This document shows, piece by piece, positions 24,097 to 31,676 of a DNA stretch of 32,000 bases. Numbering within the stretch: the stretch's first letter is position 1; the number at the start of each line of letters is the position of its first letter. Below the pieces are notes generated by a model, which was not told the origin of the DNA, ran no database searches, and worked only from the letters and a program-made list of their open reading frames with translations. This stretch comes from an uncultured Syntrophorhabdus sp. (GTDB lineage Bacteria; Desulfobacterota; Syntrophorhabdia; Syntrophorhabdales; Syntrophorhabdaceae), in NCBI GenBank assembly GCA_964468285.1, contig CAYYKG010000018.1, positions 21,742 to 53,741 on the forward strand, written 5' to 3'. Both the position numbers and the translations under genes were made by a program.

Positions 24097-24507
24097 ATGC
24101 GCGGCCACGACAGGTACCTTAGGAATCAACGGGGTTTCACGCTCCTTGAAATCCTCGTGGCATTTGTCATCCTCGCGGTGACGGTGACCGTCATCCTCCA
24201 GCTCTTCTCCGCGAACCTGAAGACGCTGTGGATGTCCGACGACTACGTGACGGCGGCCACTCTGGCCGACGTGAAGATGAGGGAGGTGCTCGAGAGCGGA
24301 GTCCTTAGGGAGAACACGTCGAGCGAGACGACACCGCAGGGGTACCGCATGGATGTGGTCGTAACAGAGGCCCTTATGAAGCGAACGGAGAACCTCACGT
24401 GGAAGATGTTCGAGGTGGCCTTGAAGGTTTCCTGGCAGAAGGAGGGGAAAAACAGAACAATATCCGTGAGGACTCTGAGGACGGCGAAGAGGGAGGCGGT
24501 CCGGTGA
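24097..24507 (+). CDS. gspI: Minor pseudopilin, GspI-like
   Basis: RGFTLLEILVAFVILAVTV prepilin motif. 136 aa, position after gspH. Confidence 0.6.
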   Translation: MRGHDRYLRNQRGFTLLEILVAFVILAVTVTVILQLFSANLKTLWMSDDYVTAATLADVKMREVLESGVLRENTSSETTPQGYRMDVVVTEALMKRTENLTWKMFEVALKVSWQKEGKNRTISVRTLRTAKREAVR

Positions 24508-25160
24508 CGGACGGACGGAGACAGATTCCCGGGACTGGTCATCCGCTACGAAGGCTGTCGGGCTTCACGCTCCTGGAGCTCATGATCTCCATCGTCCTCG
24601 TCACCATCATCGTTGTCCTCCTCGGGGCCTCAATGCGGGTGGGATACCGTTCACTCGAAAGGGGAGAGGAAAAGGCCGAATCCATGGAGCGTTTCAGGGT
24701 GTCTCTGCGGCTCGTGGATTCACAACTCCAGTCGGGCCTGCCGTTGACAATTAAGGAGGACGGGCTGAACAGGTCCGTCTTTGTCGGCAGGAGAGACCGC
24801 ATGACCATCGCGTCGAACCGGTCCCTCTTCAGGGGAGGAAGGGGGTACGTCATCGCCTCATACAGGGTCGAGTCCGACACGAACGACAAGCGAACCCTCT
24901 TTGTGCATGAGACCACCATCGGGTTCGACAACGGACAGGAGACGAAGCTGCTGGAGGGTTTCGACCAGATTCGCTTCGAATACTACCAGGTGGACGACAT
25001 GAAGGGTGAGGGCCAATGGGTGGAGGAGTGGGCCGATGAGACCAGGTTTCCCGGAAAGGTGAGACTCCATCTGGGACAGGGCACAAGGAGGTTCTCCCTC
25101 ATAATACCCGTCCACGTGAAGAAGGTCGCACGGGGCCGGCACCTCGGGGGGGACGTATGA
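24504..25160 (+). CDS. gspJ: Minor pseudopilin, GspJ-like
   Basis: I chose GTG 24504 (GTGA overlap with the gspI stop) rather than the track start 24399. SGFTLLELMISIVLVTIIVVLL prepilin motif, ~218 aa. Confidence 0.6.
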   Translation: MTDGRRQIPGTGHPLRRLSGFTLLELMISIVLVTIIVVLLGASMRVGYRSLERGEEKAESMERFRVSLRLVDSQLQSGLPLTIKEDGLNRSVFVGRRDRMTIASNRSLFRGGRGYVIASYRVESDTNDKRTLFVHETTIGFDNGQETKLLEGFDQIRFEYYQVDDMKGEGQWVEEWADETRFPGKVRLHLGQGTRRFSLIIPVHVKKVARGRHLGGDV

Positions 25161-26131
25161 GAAGGCTCAGACCTACCCGCTCCCAAAGGGGCTTTGCCCT
25201 CCTTGTCACGCTCTGGGTCATTATCATCCTAATGTCCATCGTCATGTCCTTCTCGCTCCTTGCAAAGACCGAGGCGTTCGCTGCCCTGTTCTTCCGTGAG
25301 TCTTTCGCAGCGAGGCTCCTGGCTGAAGCGGGCCTCGACAGGGCCATCATGGAGATCTACTACCGGCGAGCGAACCTGAACAGGACGGTCATCCCCGAGG
25401 GCGGCGAGGTGGTCCGGGTGGACGGGACCGAGATCGAGGGTGTCCTGGGAGACGACCGGTACGTCGTGCGGATATTCAACGAGGCGGGCAGGATCAACAT
25501 CAACACCATGAACGATCGGAACAAGGTCATCCTCGGCAACCTCCTCGCCAACCTCGGCGTGCCGGGGGAGACCGCGGATACCATCATGGACTCGGTCCTC
25601 GACTGGATGGACAAGGACAACCTTCACCGCCTCCACGGTGCGGAGGACGAGTACTACCAGTCGCTCCCCAATCCGTACAAAGCGAAGAACGCCCCTTTCG
25701 ACACGATGGAAGAGCTCCTCCTCGTGAAGGGCATGACGGAGGAGATCCTCTTCGGAACGAAGGAGCGCAAGGGCCTCATCGAGTTCGTCACCGTCTACGG
25801 CAATTCCTCGAAGATCAACGTTAACATGGCCCCGAAAGAGGTGATCATGGCCATGCCCGGCATGACGGAGGAGACGGCGGACAGGATCATCTCCCAACGG
25901 TTGGTCAGCGAGCTTAAGTCCCTCGACGACGTTCGCGCCCTCATGGGAGCGCTGTACGCCGGCGCGTCGGGCTACATCGATACCGGTGAGTCGAGCAGCT
26001 TCACTGTGGAGTCCATGGGTCTCAGGAAGAGGGGCGGTACCGGCCATGGCATCCGGGCGACCGTTGTCGTTCAGTCCGTCGGAGAATACCGGTACGTCTC
26101 GTACAAGATTCCGGCTGAGGTTCGCAGATGA
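25157..26131 (+). CDS. gspK: Minor pseudopilin GspK
   Basis: RGFALLVTLWVIIILMSI plus the GspK signature DWMDKDNLHRLHGAEDEYYQSLPNPYKAKNAPFDTMEELLLVKGMT. ATGA overlap with gspJ. Confidence 0.85.
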   Translation: MRRLRPTRSQRGFALLVTLWVIIILMSIVMSFSLLAKTEAFAALFFRESFAARLLAEAGLDRAIMEIYYRRANLNRTVIPEGGEVVRVDGTEIEGVLGDDRYVVRIFNEAGRININTMNDRNKVILGNLLANLGVPGETADTIMDSVLDWMDKDNLHRLHGAEDEYYQSLPNPYKAKNAPFDTMEELLLVKGMTEEILFGTKERKGLIEFVTVYGNSSKINVNMAPKEVIMAMPGMTEETADRIISQRLVSELKSLDDVRALMGALYAGASGYIDTGESSSFTVESMGLRKRGGTGHGIRATVVVQSVGEYRYVSYKIPAEVRR

Positions 26132-27684
26132 ACATCGGATCGCTCGTCAGAGGACGGTTCATCGAAGGATCCCTTTCACGGGCCGAGGCCGCAATGGTCC
26201 GGGCAAAGTCCCTTGGTCTCACGGCATGGGCCATTCTCAACTACAACCTCGTGGAAGGGATACTCCTCCCAAAGAGATATCTTGCCGTATGCCTCGAACC
26301 CGGGGGCGTCTCCGTCGCATGCGGGGAGCGCTTCCTCAACCGGAACTACCTCAGGAGATCAAAGCGGTACACGTTCGAGGATGGCGGGTACGTCACCCCA
26401 GCCGGCCTCGCCGCCACCGCGACACTCGCCATGGAAGAACTCCACTGCCGCGGGTCAGGGGTTCTGCTTGGGCTGCCACGGGAGTGGCTCGTCACGAGGA
26501 CGGTGGGACTCCCCTCCGTCGTTAGACAGAACCTCGACAACGTCGTTGCCTACGAAATCGACAGGCTGACCCCGCTCAACGCCGATGACGCCACGTACGA
26601 TTACCTCGTGGGCACGGAGAAGGACGGCAAGCTCACCCTATCCCTCATGGCAATGAAGAAAGGGCTTTTGGAGCCCTATGTCACGGCCCTGAATGAGATG
26701 AAGTCGTCGCCCGTGAGGATATCGACCCCGCTGATGAGCATGGCAAGACTCTCCAGCGCTCTCGTGGATAACGACGCGCACACGCTCCTCCACGTGGGGG
26801 CACATGCGTTTGAAGGGGGGTTCGTTGAGAAGGGGAACATTGCGAACACCTTTTACGGGTCCTTCAACACCTCGGGTGACAGCGGTATTGAGGACGGCTG
26901 GCGTTCCGAGATACTATCCGTGCTGGAGCAGCAGCACAGCATTGCAAAACCTTTGCTCGTATGTCTTCTCTCCGAAAAGGATGGCGTGGAAGTACCGGAA
27001 GCAGTCATGAACACAGTAGTACGGAAATTGAAGGCTGGCGATATGACATCTCTGTTCAGGTCAAAGCAGGAAAACATACCCTGGGCGCCGGTATGTATGC
27101 TCTACGAGGCCCTCTCGAACGGCGCACGAAGCTTCAACCTCGCCCCCGGGGCGGAAAGGCGCAGGAGTCCCTTTATCACCACGCTGTTACTCGTCGCGCT
27201 CCTCGTGGCCATGATGGTGCCCTATGTCGTTGTGCCCCTCGAGATGGAAAAGAGAAAGATAAGCGAGATCGAGCACCAGATAACAGCCAGGAAGAAGGAC
27301 GTGAGGGCCGTCGAAGCAATGAAGAAGGACATCGACCTTGTCCAGTCCGAGATAGACGAGATAGAACGGTTCAAGAGAGGGAGGCCGATGGCCCTCAATG
27401 TTCTGAAGGAACTCACGACGCTCCTTCCGAAGACAGTATGGCTCACGCGGACGAGGGTCACGGAGCAGACGGTGGAGATTGAGGGATACGCGTCCTCGGC
27501 GACAAGCTTGCTCTCGCTGCTCGAGGAATCTAATCTCTTCAAGAAGGTCGAGTTTGCCTCTCCGACGGTGAAGGACACACGGCTCAATTCGGACCGCTTT
27601 GTCATCCGTATGGAGATAGAGGGCTTCGAGAAACAACCTGACGTCAAGGAAAGAACACAGAGGAAAGATGGTGCGAAGAAATAG
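26128..27684 (+). CDS. gspL: T2SS assembly-platform protein, GspL-like (PilM-like cytoplasmic domain + TM + PilN-like periplasmic domain)
   Basis: 518 aa with a single TM (FITTLLLVALLVAMMVPYVVVPL), then a coiled coil and a PilN-like end (NVLKELTTLLPKTVWLTRTRVTEQTVEIEGYA). Operon position of gspL. ATGA overlap with gspK. Confidence 0.65.
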   Translation: MNIGSLVRGRFIEGSLSRAEAAMVRAKSLGLTAWAILNYNLVEGILLPKRYLAVCLEPGGVSVACGERFLNRNYLRRSKRYTFEDGGYVTPAGLAATATLAMEELHCRGSGVLLGLPREWLVTRTVGLPSVVRQNLDNVVAYEIDRLTPLNADDATYDYLVGTEKDGKLTLSLMAMKKGLLEPYVTALNEMKSSPVRISTPLMSMARLSSALVDNDAHTLLHVGAHAFEGGFVEKGNIANTFYGSFNTSGDSGIEDGWRSEILSVLEQQHSIAKPLLVCLLSEKDGVEVPEAVMNTVVRKLKAGDMTSLFRSKQENIPWAPVCMLYEALSNGARSFNLAPGAERRRSPFITTLLLVALLVAMMVPYVVVPLEMEKRKISEIEHQITARKKDVRAVEAMKKDIDLVQSEIDEIERFKRGRPMALNVLKELTTLLPKTVWLTRTRVTEQTVEIEGYASSATSLLSLLEESNLFKKVEFASPTVKDTRLNSDRFVIRMEIEGFEKQPDVKERTQRKDGAKK

Positions 27685-28225
27685 GCTTCTTCCATATGCG
27701 GTCCCCGTGATCATCATCCTCGCCTGCCTCACCGCATGGCAGTACGGGTACGTGAACGCCCGTCAGGAGATCGCGTCGCTGAAGGAAGCGAGCGCTTCGA
27801 GAACACGGGCCCTCGTGAAATCCATGGAGGTCATAGCAAGCAAGCCAAACCTTGAAAAGAAGCTTGAGACCCTGAAGGAGAAAAGGAAGTCCGATGCTTC
27901 GAAGATCCTGGAGGCGCAGACACCGTCACTGTGCGCCGCCAGCCTGCAGGAGACCGTGAAGGGCGTCATCACCGGCCGGGGAGGATTGATCACGAGCGAG
28001 CGGGTGGAGAAGCCGGAGAACCTGGGGAGGTTCCATGTAGTGAGCATCAGCGTCGACGCGACCTTGCCCGATACAAGAGCCTTGAGCGATGTCCTGTATG
28101 GCATAGAAACACGCACTCCTTTCATAGTGGTGAGGGAGGTGGACACACGGGTGCGGAACTTCCGGGACCCCCGGGAGCTTGTGGTGAAACTGCGCCTGTC
28201 GGCGCTTGCGGGAGCACAACAGTAA
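27668..28225 (+). CDS. gspM: GspM/PilO-like bitopic platform protein
   Basis: 185 aa: N-terminal TM, coiled coil, small C-terminal domain. Called from position and topology only. Confidence 0.5.
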   Translation: MVRRNRLLPYAVPVIIILACLTAWQYGYVNARQEIASLKEASASRTRALVKSMEVIASKPNLEKKLETLKEKRKSDASKILEAQTPSLCAASLQETVKGVITGRGGLITSERVEKPENLGRFHVVSISVDATLPDTRALSDVLYGIETRTPFIVVREVDTRVRNFRDPRELVVKLRLSALAGAQQ

Positions 28226-28947
28226 TGATGAGATTACTGGAGACGATCGCGCGTCATGTAACGGTCCTCAACGTCCTGCTGACTGTTGCCGTGATGCTGG
28301 CAGGTACCGGCATCGTCTTTCCCCTCGCGCGCATGGATTACCGCTACAAGCTCCCCCGGATTGCGCAACAGGTTGCGCCAGCCGAGGAAAAACCTGTCGA
28401 GGACTCACCGGCGGCACTGCCCACCGACTATGCTGTGGTCGGGGAGATGAACCTCTTTCACCCGGAAAGGATAACCCCCATAGACAAGAAGGCGGAGTTG
28501 CCCAAGCCGGAGCTCATACTCTACGGGACGATCGTTGATGACAAACAGCAGGTGGCCTTCATCGAAGACAAGAAGGCTCCGGTCACGTCGCCTGGGAGGG
28601 GAAAGCGGCAGACAGTGGTCAAGAAGGGGTCGGTCATCAACGGTTTCACGGTTACGGAGATCGCCCGGGACAGAATAATACTGGTCCGGGGGGAAGAACA
28701 TATGTCGGTGGGACTCATGGATGGAGAGAAAAGAAAGGATGGCACTGAACGGGACAAGAAAGCATCTCTCCCTCCGACAATTCCACCGTCCGGCCCTGCC
28801 CCACCCTCTTCTTCTGCAGGAACACCGAGAATACAGCCGACGGAACCGTTAAAACCCGCACAGCCCCCTGTCCCGTCCATTCCCCGGAGAGTGACGACGA
28901 ACGATAAGGGCGTCACCGCTCCCGTCACAGCATCACCAAGAAAATGA
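28225..28947 (+). CDS. GspC/PilP-like (HR-domain) protein with Pro-rich tail
   Basis: I chose ATG 28225 (TAATG with the gspM stop); the track ORF from 27931 overprints gspM. TM segment VTVLNVLLTVAVMLAGTGIVF. LILYGTIVDDKQQVAFIEDKK....VVKKGSVINGFTVTEIARDRIILVRGEE resembles the PilP/GspC HR fold. Confidence 0.5.
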   Translation: MMRLLETIARHVTVLNVLLTVAVMLAGTGIVFPLARMDYRYKLPRIAQQVAPAEEKPVEDSPAALPTDYAVVGEMNLFHPERITPIDKKAELPKPELILYGTIVDDKQQVAFIEDKKAPVTSPGRGKRQTVVKKGSVINGFTVTEIARDRIILVRGEEHMSVGLMDGEKRKDGTERDKKASLPPTIPPSGPAPPSSSAGTPRIQPTEPLKPAQPPVPSIPRRVTTNDKGVTAPVTASPRK

Positions 28948-29029
28948 GAGAGGAGACTGGAGCCCACCGAAATAGCCCGCACATTACTGAACAGGGGTCT
29001 TTTGTGGTATTGTATTTTTATTAAATTGC

Positions 29030-29058
29030 TTGCCACATCATTTCAGCCGCTATACAAT
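29030..29058 (+). promoter_or_regulatory. Candidate sigma70-type promoter: TTGCCA -17 nt- TACAAT, 6 nt before the ATG (near-leaderless abiEi-like mRNA)
   Basis: Hexamers read directly: TTGCCA at 29030-29035, TACAAT at 29053-29058, ATG at 29065. No SD sequence fits in the gap. Confidence 0.35.
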
Positions 29059-29064
29059 ACATCC

Positions 29065-29859
29065 ATGAAACGACGACTAGGACCAACGGAAATGCAATTC
29101 CTCGCATACACGCAGATGAGGAAGATGACGGCGGTCCGGACCGGTGACATACAGGAGGCGCTCGCCCTCTCTCCCAACCAGGAGAGGGAGCTCCTCAGCC
29201 GCCTGTCGAGGGCCGGCGTAATCGCACGGGTGCGGAGAGGTCTTTATCTGGTGCCGGACTATCTCCCGCCCGGTGGTGAGTGGACGCCTGACGAGGCCAG
29301 CGCTTTGAACGCGCTTATGAAGGATGCCGGCGGGCGATATCAAATCTGCGGGCTTAATGCAATAAACCGGTATGGCTACGATGAGCAGGTGCCCACGAGA
29401 GTATATGCCTACAATGACAGGATCTCGGGGGAGCGGACGATCGGAGTCATTACGCTCAATCTCATCAAGGTCAACCGGAGAAGGCTTGGCGACACGGAAA
29501 AAGTGAAGACCTGGGACGGACAGACTGTCTTTTATTCGTCACGCGCACGTACCCTCCTGGACGCTGTCTACGACTGGGCACGGTTCGGCACTCTGCCCCG
29601 GGCATACAAATGGATCCGCGACGACCTGCGGGCCGGCCGGGTAACACCGGGCAAGCTTGTCGATGTCACACTTAAGTTCGGTGACGTAGGGACGATCCGG
29701 CGCATGGGTGCCCTGCTCGAGAGCGAGGGAGTGGATGAAGGGATACTGGAGAGACTGGAAAGGCCCCTGAAACCTACATCGGCAACGATCCCGCTGGTTC
29801 CGCGGAAGCCGAAGAGGGGCAGGCTGAACAGGAGGTGGGGAATAGTAGTCAATAGATAG
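29065..29859 (+). CDS. AbiEi-like (COG5340-type) wHTH transcriptional regulator/antitoxin, no partner toxin adjacent
   Basis: MQFLAYTQMRKMTAVRTGDIQEALALSPNQERELLSRLSRAGVIARVRRGLYLVPD fits the AbiEi N-terminal wHTH pattern (..L.RL...G.l.RvrRGlY). The end KRGRLNRRWGIVVN is typical of this family. ATG 29065 was chosen over the track start 29002. Confidence 0.6.
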   Translation: MKRRLGPTEMQFLAYTQMRKMTAVRTGDIQEALALSPNQERELLSRLSRAGVIARVRRGLYLVPDYLPPGGEWTPDEASALNALMKDAGGRYQICGLNAINRYGYDEQVPTRVYAYNDRISGERTIGVITLNLIKVNRRRLGDTEKVKTWDGQTVFYSSRARTLLDAVYDWARFGTLPRAYKWIRDDLRAGRVTPGKLVDVTLKFGDVGTIRRMGALLESEGVDEGILERLERPLKPTSATIPLVPRKPKRGRLNRRWGIVVNR

Positions 29860-29889
29860 TCACCAATATTGTATTTGCGACTATCTATT
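29851..29889. other. Perfect 11-bp inverted repeat (aatagatagtc / gactatctatt, 17-nt spacer) overlapping the abiEi-like stop codon
   Basis: Read directly. A near-copy aatagtagtc lies just upstream at 29841-29850. AT-rich stem, so it is either a weak terminator or a protein-binding site. Confidence 0.4.
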
Positions 29890-30007
29890 GACTTGGCCAT
29901 CAAAAAGATCCCCCACCGCAGCCTCTATATCACGCATACCCACCCATGCGACACACTGTTCCAGCCCCACCACGCTGTCCATCACGGTACACCCTGGGGG
30001 ACAGGTA

Positions 30008-30349
30008 TCAGGCCTGCGTGCAGTAGGCCTCCATCACCATCTCCGGGGCGTACTCGCGGAAGAGATCGAGGAGCTTCTCTCTGGCGGGGATGTCGGGAGG
30101 GAGTTCCATCGCCAGGTCGAGAGGGGTCTCGCCGTCGTCATTCCGTGCGTTCACGTCCGCTCCCGCATCGAGGAGGAGACGGGCGATGGCGGTGTGGCGC
30201 TGGAGGCACGCCTCATGGAGGGGGGTGCGGCCGTGCTCGTTCAGTGCGTTCACATCGGCACCGGCATCGAGGAACTCGCGGAAACGGGCCTCGGGTCGTT
30301 TCAATCTTACCGCACGCTCCAGTCCTTTTTGTGCCTGCCATTTGGTCAT
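30008..30349 (-). CDS. Ankyrin-repeat protein (about 2-3 repeats)
   Basis: I chose ATG 30349 (ATGA overlap with the upstream ORF stop). GADVNALNEHGRTPLHEACLQRHTAIARLLLDAGADVNARNDDGETPL. The C-terminus PPDIPAREKLLDLFRE is paralogous to the end of 30808-31353. Confidence 0.8.
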   Translation of the reverse strand: MTKWQAQKGLERAVRLKRPEARFREFLDAGADVNALNEHGRTPLHEACLQRHTAIARLLLDAGADVNARNDDGETPLDLAMELPPDIPAREKLLDLFREYAPEMVMEAYCTQA

Positions 30350-30603
30350 ATCGCCTCCCTCACAGCCTGGTATCTCTCCCTGTACATCCCCGGGAGGTCT
30401 ATCGGCGGGTTGACGTTCCCGTCGAGGTTTCCCCGGCACAGCGTCACCAGCAGTGACATCCTGTCGAAGGTCTCTTTGTCCTTCTTGGGGTTGAACGCGA
30501 ACCAGACGGTCTCCATGGCGTCGTTGAAATCAGGAGTGTTCGAGAGGGACGCCAAGGCATCCAGGGATGTGAGGATGCAGGGGGTCGGGATCTGCAGCAT
30601 CAT
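30346..30603 (-). CDS. Hypothetical 85-aa protein, translationally coupled between the RHH and ankyrin genes
   Basis: ATGA overlaps at both ends (30600-30603 and 30346-30349). No motif recognised. Confidence 0.5.
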   Translation of the reverse strand: MMLQIPTPCILTSLDALASLSNTPDFNDAMETVWFAFNPKKDKETFDRMSLLVTLCRGNLDGNVNPPIDLPGMYRERYQAVREAI

Positions 30604-30758
30604 GAGCGGCCTCCTCCGCGCTGGCGGGACATGTAGGCCTCGAGGGCCTCAAGGATCAGCGCGCGCATTGTCGTCTCCCTTTTTGCGGCCAGGATCTTGA
30701 GTGCCAGGTGGAGGTCCGCGGGGAGTTTGAGCATCAGGGCTTTGTCTTTATCTTTCAT
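30600..30758 (-). CDS. Ribbon-helix-helix (CopG/Arc-like) protein, 52 aa, not in the ORF track
   Basis: Manual translation: MKDKDKALMLKLPADLHLALKILAAKRETTMRALILEALEAYMSRQRGGGRS. This shows the beta-strand/helix/helix RHH pattern. AAAGGAG lies 6 nt upstream. The stop overlaps the next ATG. Confidence 0.6.
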   Translation of the reverse strand: MKDKDKALMLKLPADLHLALKILAAKRETTMRALILEALEAYMSRQRGGGRS

Positions 30759-30771
30759 TTTGTTCTCCTTT

Positions 30772-30792
30772 CCCCCCGGGTCGCCCGGGGGG
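30772..30792. promoter_or_regulatory. Perfect GC palindrome ccccccggg-tcg-cccgggggg between the ankyrin stop and the RHH gene RBS
   Basis: 9-bp arms with a 3-nt centre, read directly. It sits 13 nt upstream of the RHH start on the minus strand and has no U-tract. Either an RHH operator or an intercistronic stem-loop. Confidence 0.45.
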
Positions 30793-30807
30793 ATTGTCTT
30801 GTCTATC

Positions 30808-31353
30808 TCACTCGCGGACGAGATCGAGGATCTCCTCGCGGGCTGGGTCGTTGTGAGGCATGTCCATCACCAGGTCACGAGGCGTGCGGCCCTTCCTGTC
30901 CCGCGCGTTCACGTCCGCGCCATGCTCCAGGAGGAGGCGGACGGTCTCGATGCGGCTGTTCCGGCATGCGTAGTGGAGGGGAGTGTCGCCGTTGTCGGCC
31001 TGGGCGTTGACATCCGCGCCCTTCTCCAGCAGGAGGCGGGTGATGACAGGGTCGCGATGAGCGGCAGCGTAGTGCAGGGGGGTCTCGTTGACGATGTTCG
31101 CGGTCACCTCCGCGCCGTGCTCGAGGAGGAACAGGGCGACGGCGGTCTGGCCATAATAGCACGCCTTATGGAGGGGGGTGTTGCGATTACCATTCGTAAC
31201 GTTCACGTCCGCGCCGGCATCGATGAGCTCCTGGACCGTGTGGAGGAGGGTGGGGATCTCTTGGAGGGAGAGAGGGTGGCTGACGTGATGGCGCACGGTG
31301 CGCTCCAGTGTCCCGCTGGTTGTGATCCCATATATTGCATGTATTGTCGTCAT
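30808..31353 (-). CDS. Ankyrin-repeat protein (about 4 repeats)
   Basis: 181 aa with repeated GADVN....G.TPLH.A pattern: TNGNRNTPLHKACYYGQTAVALFLLEHGAEV, NETPLHYAAAHRDPVITRLLLEKGADVNAQADNGDTPLHYACRNSRIETVRLLLEHGADVNARDRKGRTP. The ATG overlaps the upstream stop (ATGA). Confidence 0.85.
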   Translation of the reverse strand: MTTIHAIYGITTSGTLERTVRHHVSHPLSLQEIPTLLHTVQELIDAGADVNVTNGNRNTPLHKACYYGQTAVALFLLEHGAEVTANIVNETPLHYAAAHRDPVITRLLLEKGADVNAQADNGDTPLHYACRNSRIETVRLLLEHGADVNARDRKGRTPRDLVMDMPHNDPAREEILDLVRE

Positions 31354-31658
31354 GCTGCCACCTCCTGTCTATACTGCTCGAGCTCCCATTCCGCCGTGTT
31401 GACCAGCTCCGCCAAGTCGTGCATCAGGCTCCTCTCCTCGATCTCCTCCGCCGCAATCAGCTCCGCGAGCACACCCGCTGCCGGCGTCGGTGTCGGTGTC
31501 GCCCGGGGATACCACCGCGAGGGAACGACCCGGGCAACCTCACCGTTGACCTCGACACGACCCTCCGCCCAGTCGTTGTCCCAGGCAGGGTATGTTGCGA
31601 TCTCGTATCGTGTGCTGTCGTGGTGGCCGTTGAATTCGTATGTTTCGCCAAAATCCAT
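31350..31658 (-). CDS. Hypothetical 102-aa protein
   Basis: Perfect AGGAGG 6 nt upstream of the ATG, and coupled to the ankyrin gene. TPTPTP linker between an N-terminal domain and an acidic helical tail. No family recognised. Confidence 0.5.
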   Translation of the reverse strand: MDFGETYEFNGHHDSTRYEIATYPAWDNDWAEGRVEVNGEVARVVPSRWYPRATPTPTPAAGVLAELIAAEEIEERSLMHDLAELVNTAEWELEQYRQEVAA

Positions 31659-31676
31659 TGTTACCTCCTGTTCTCG

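Noticed and set aside
25229-26047. 272-aa minus-strand ORF opposite gspK; similar cases at 22720-23298, 23157-27732 region ORFs and 28521-29036
   Set aside because: Antisense to well-supported T2SS genes that are linked by start/stop overlaps. No independent motif.
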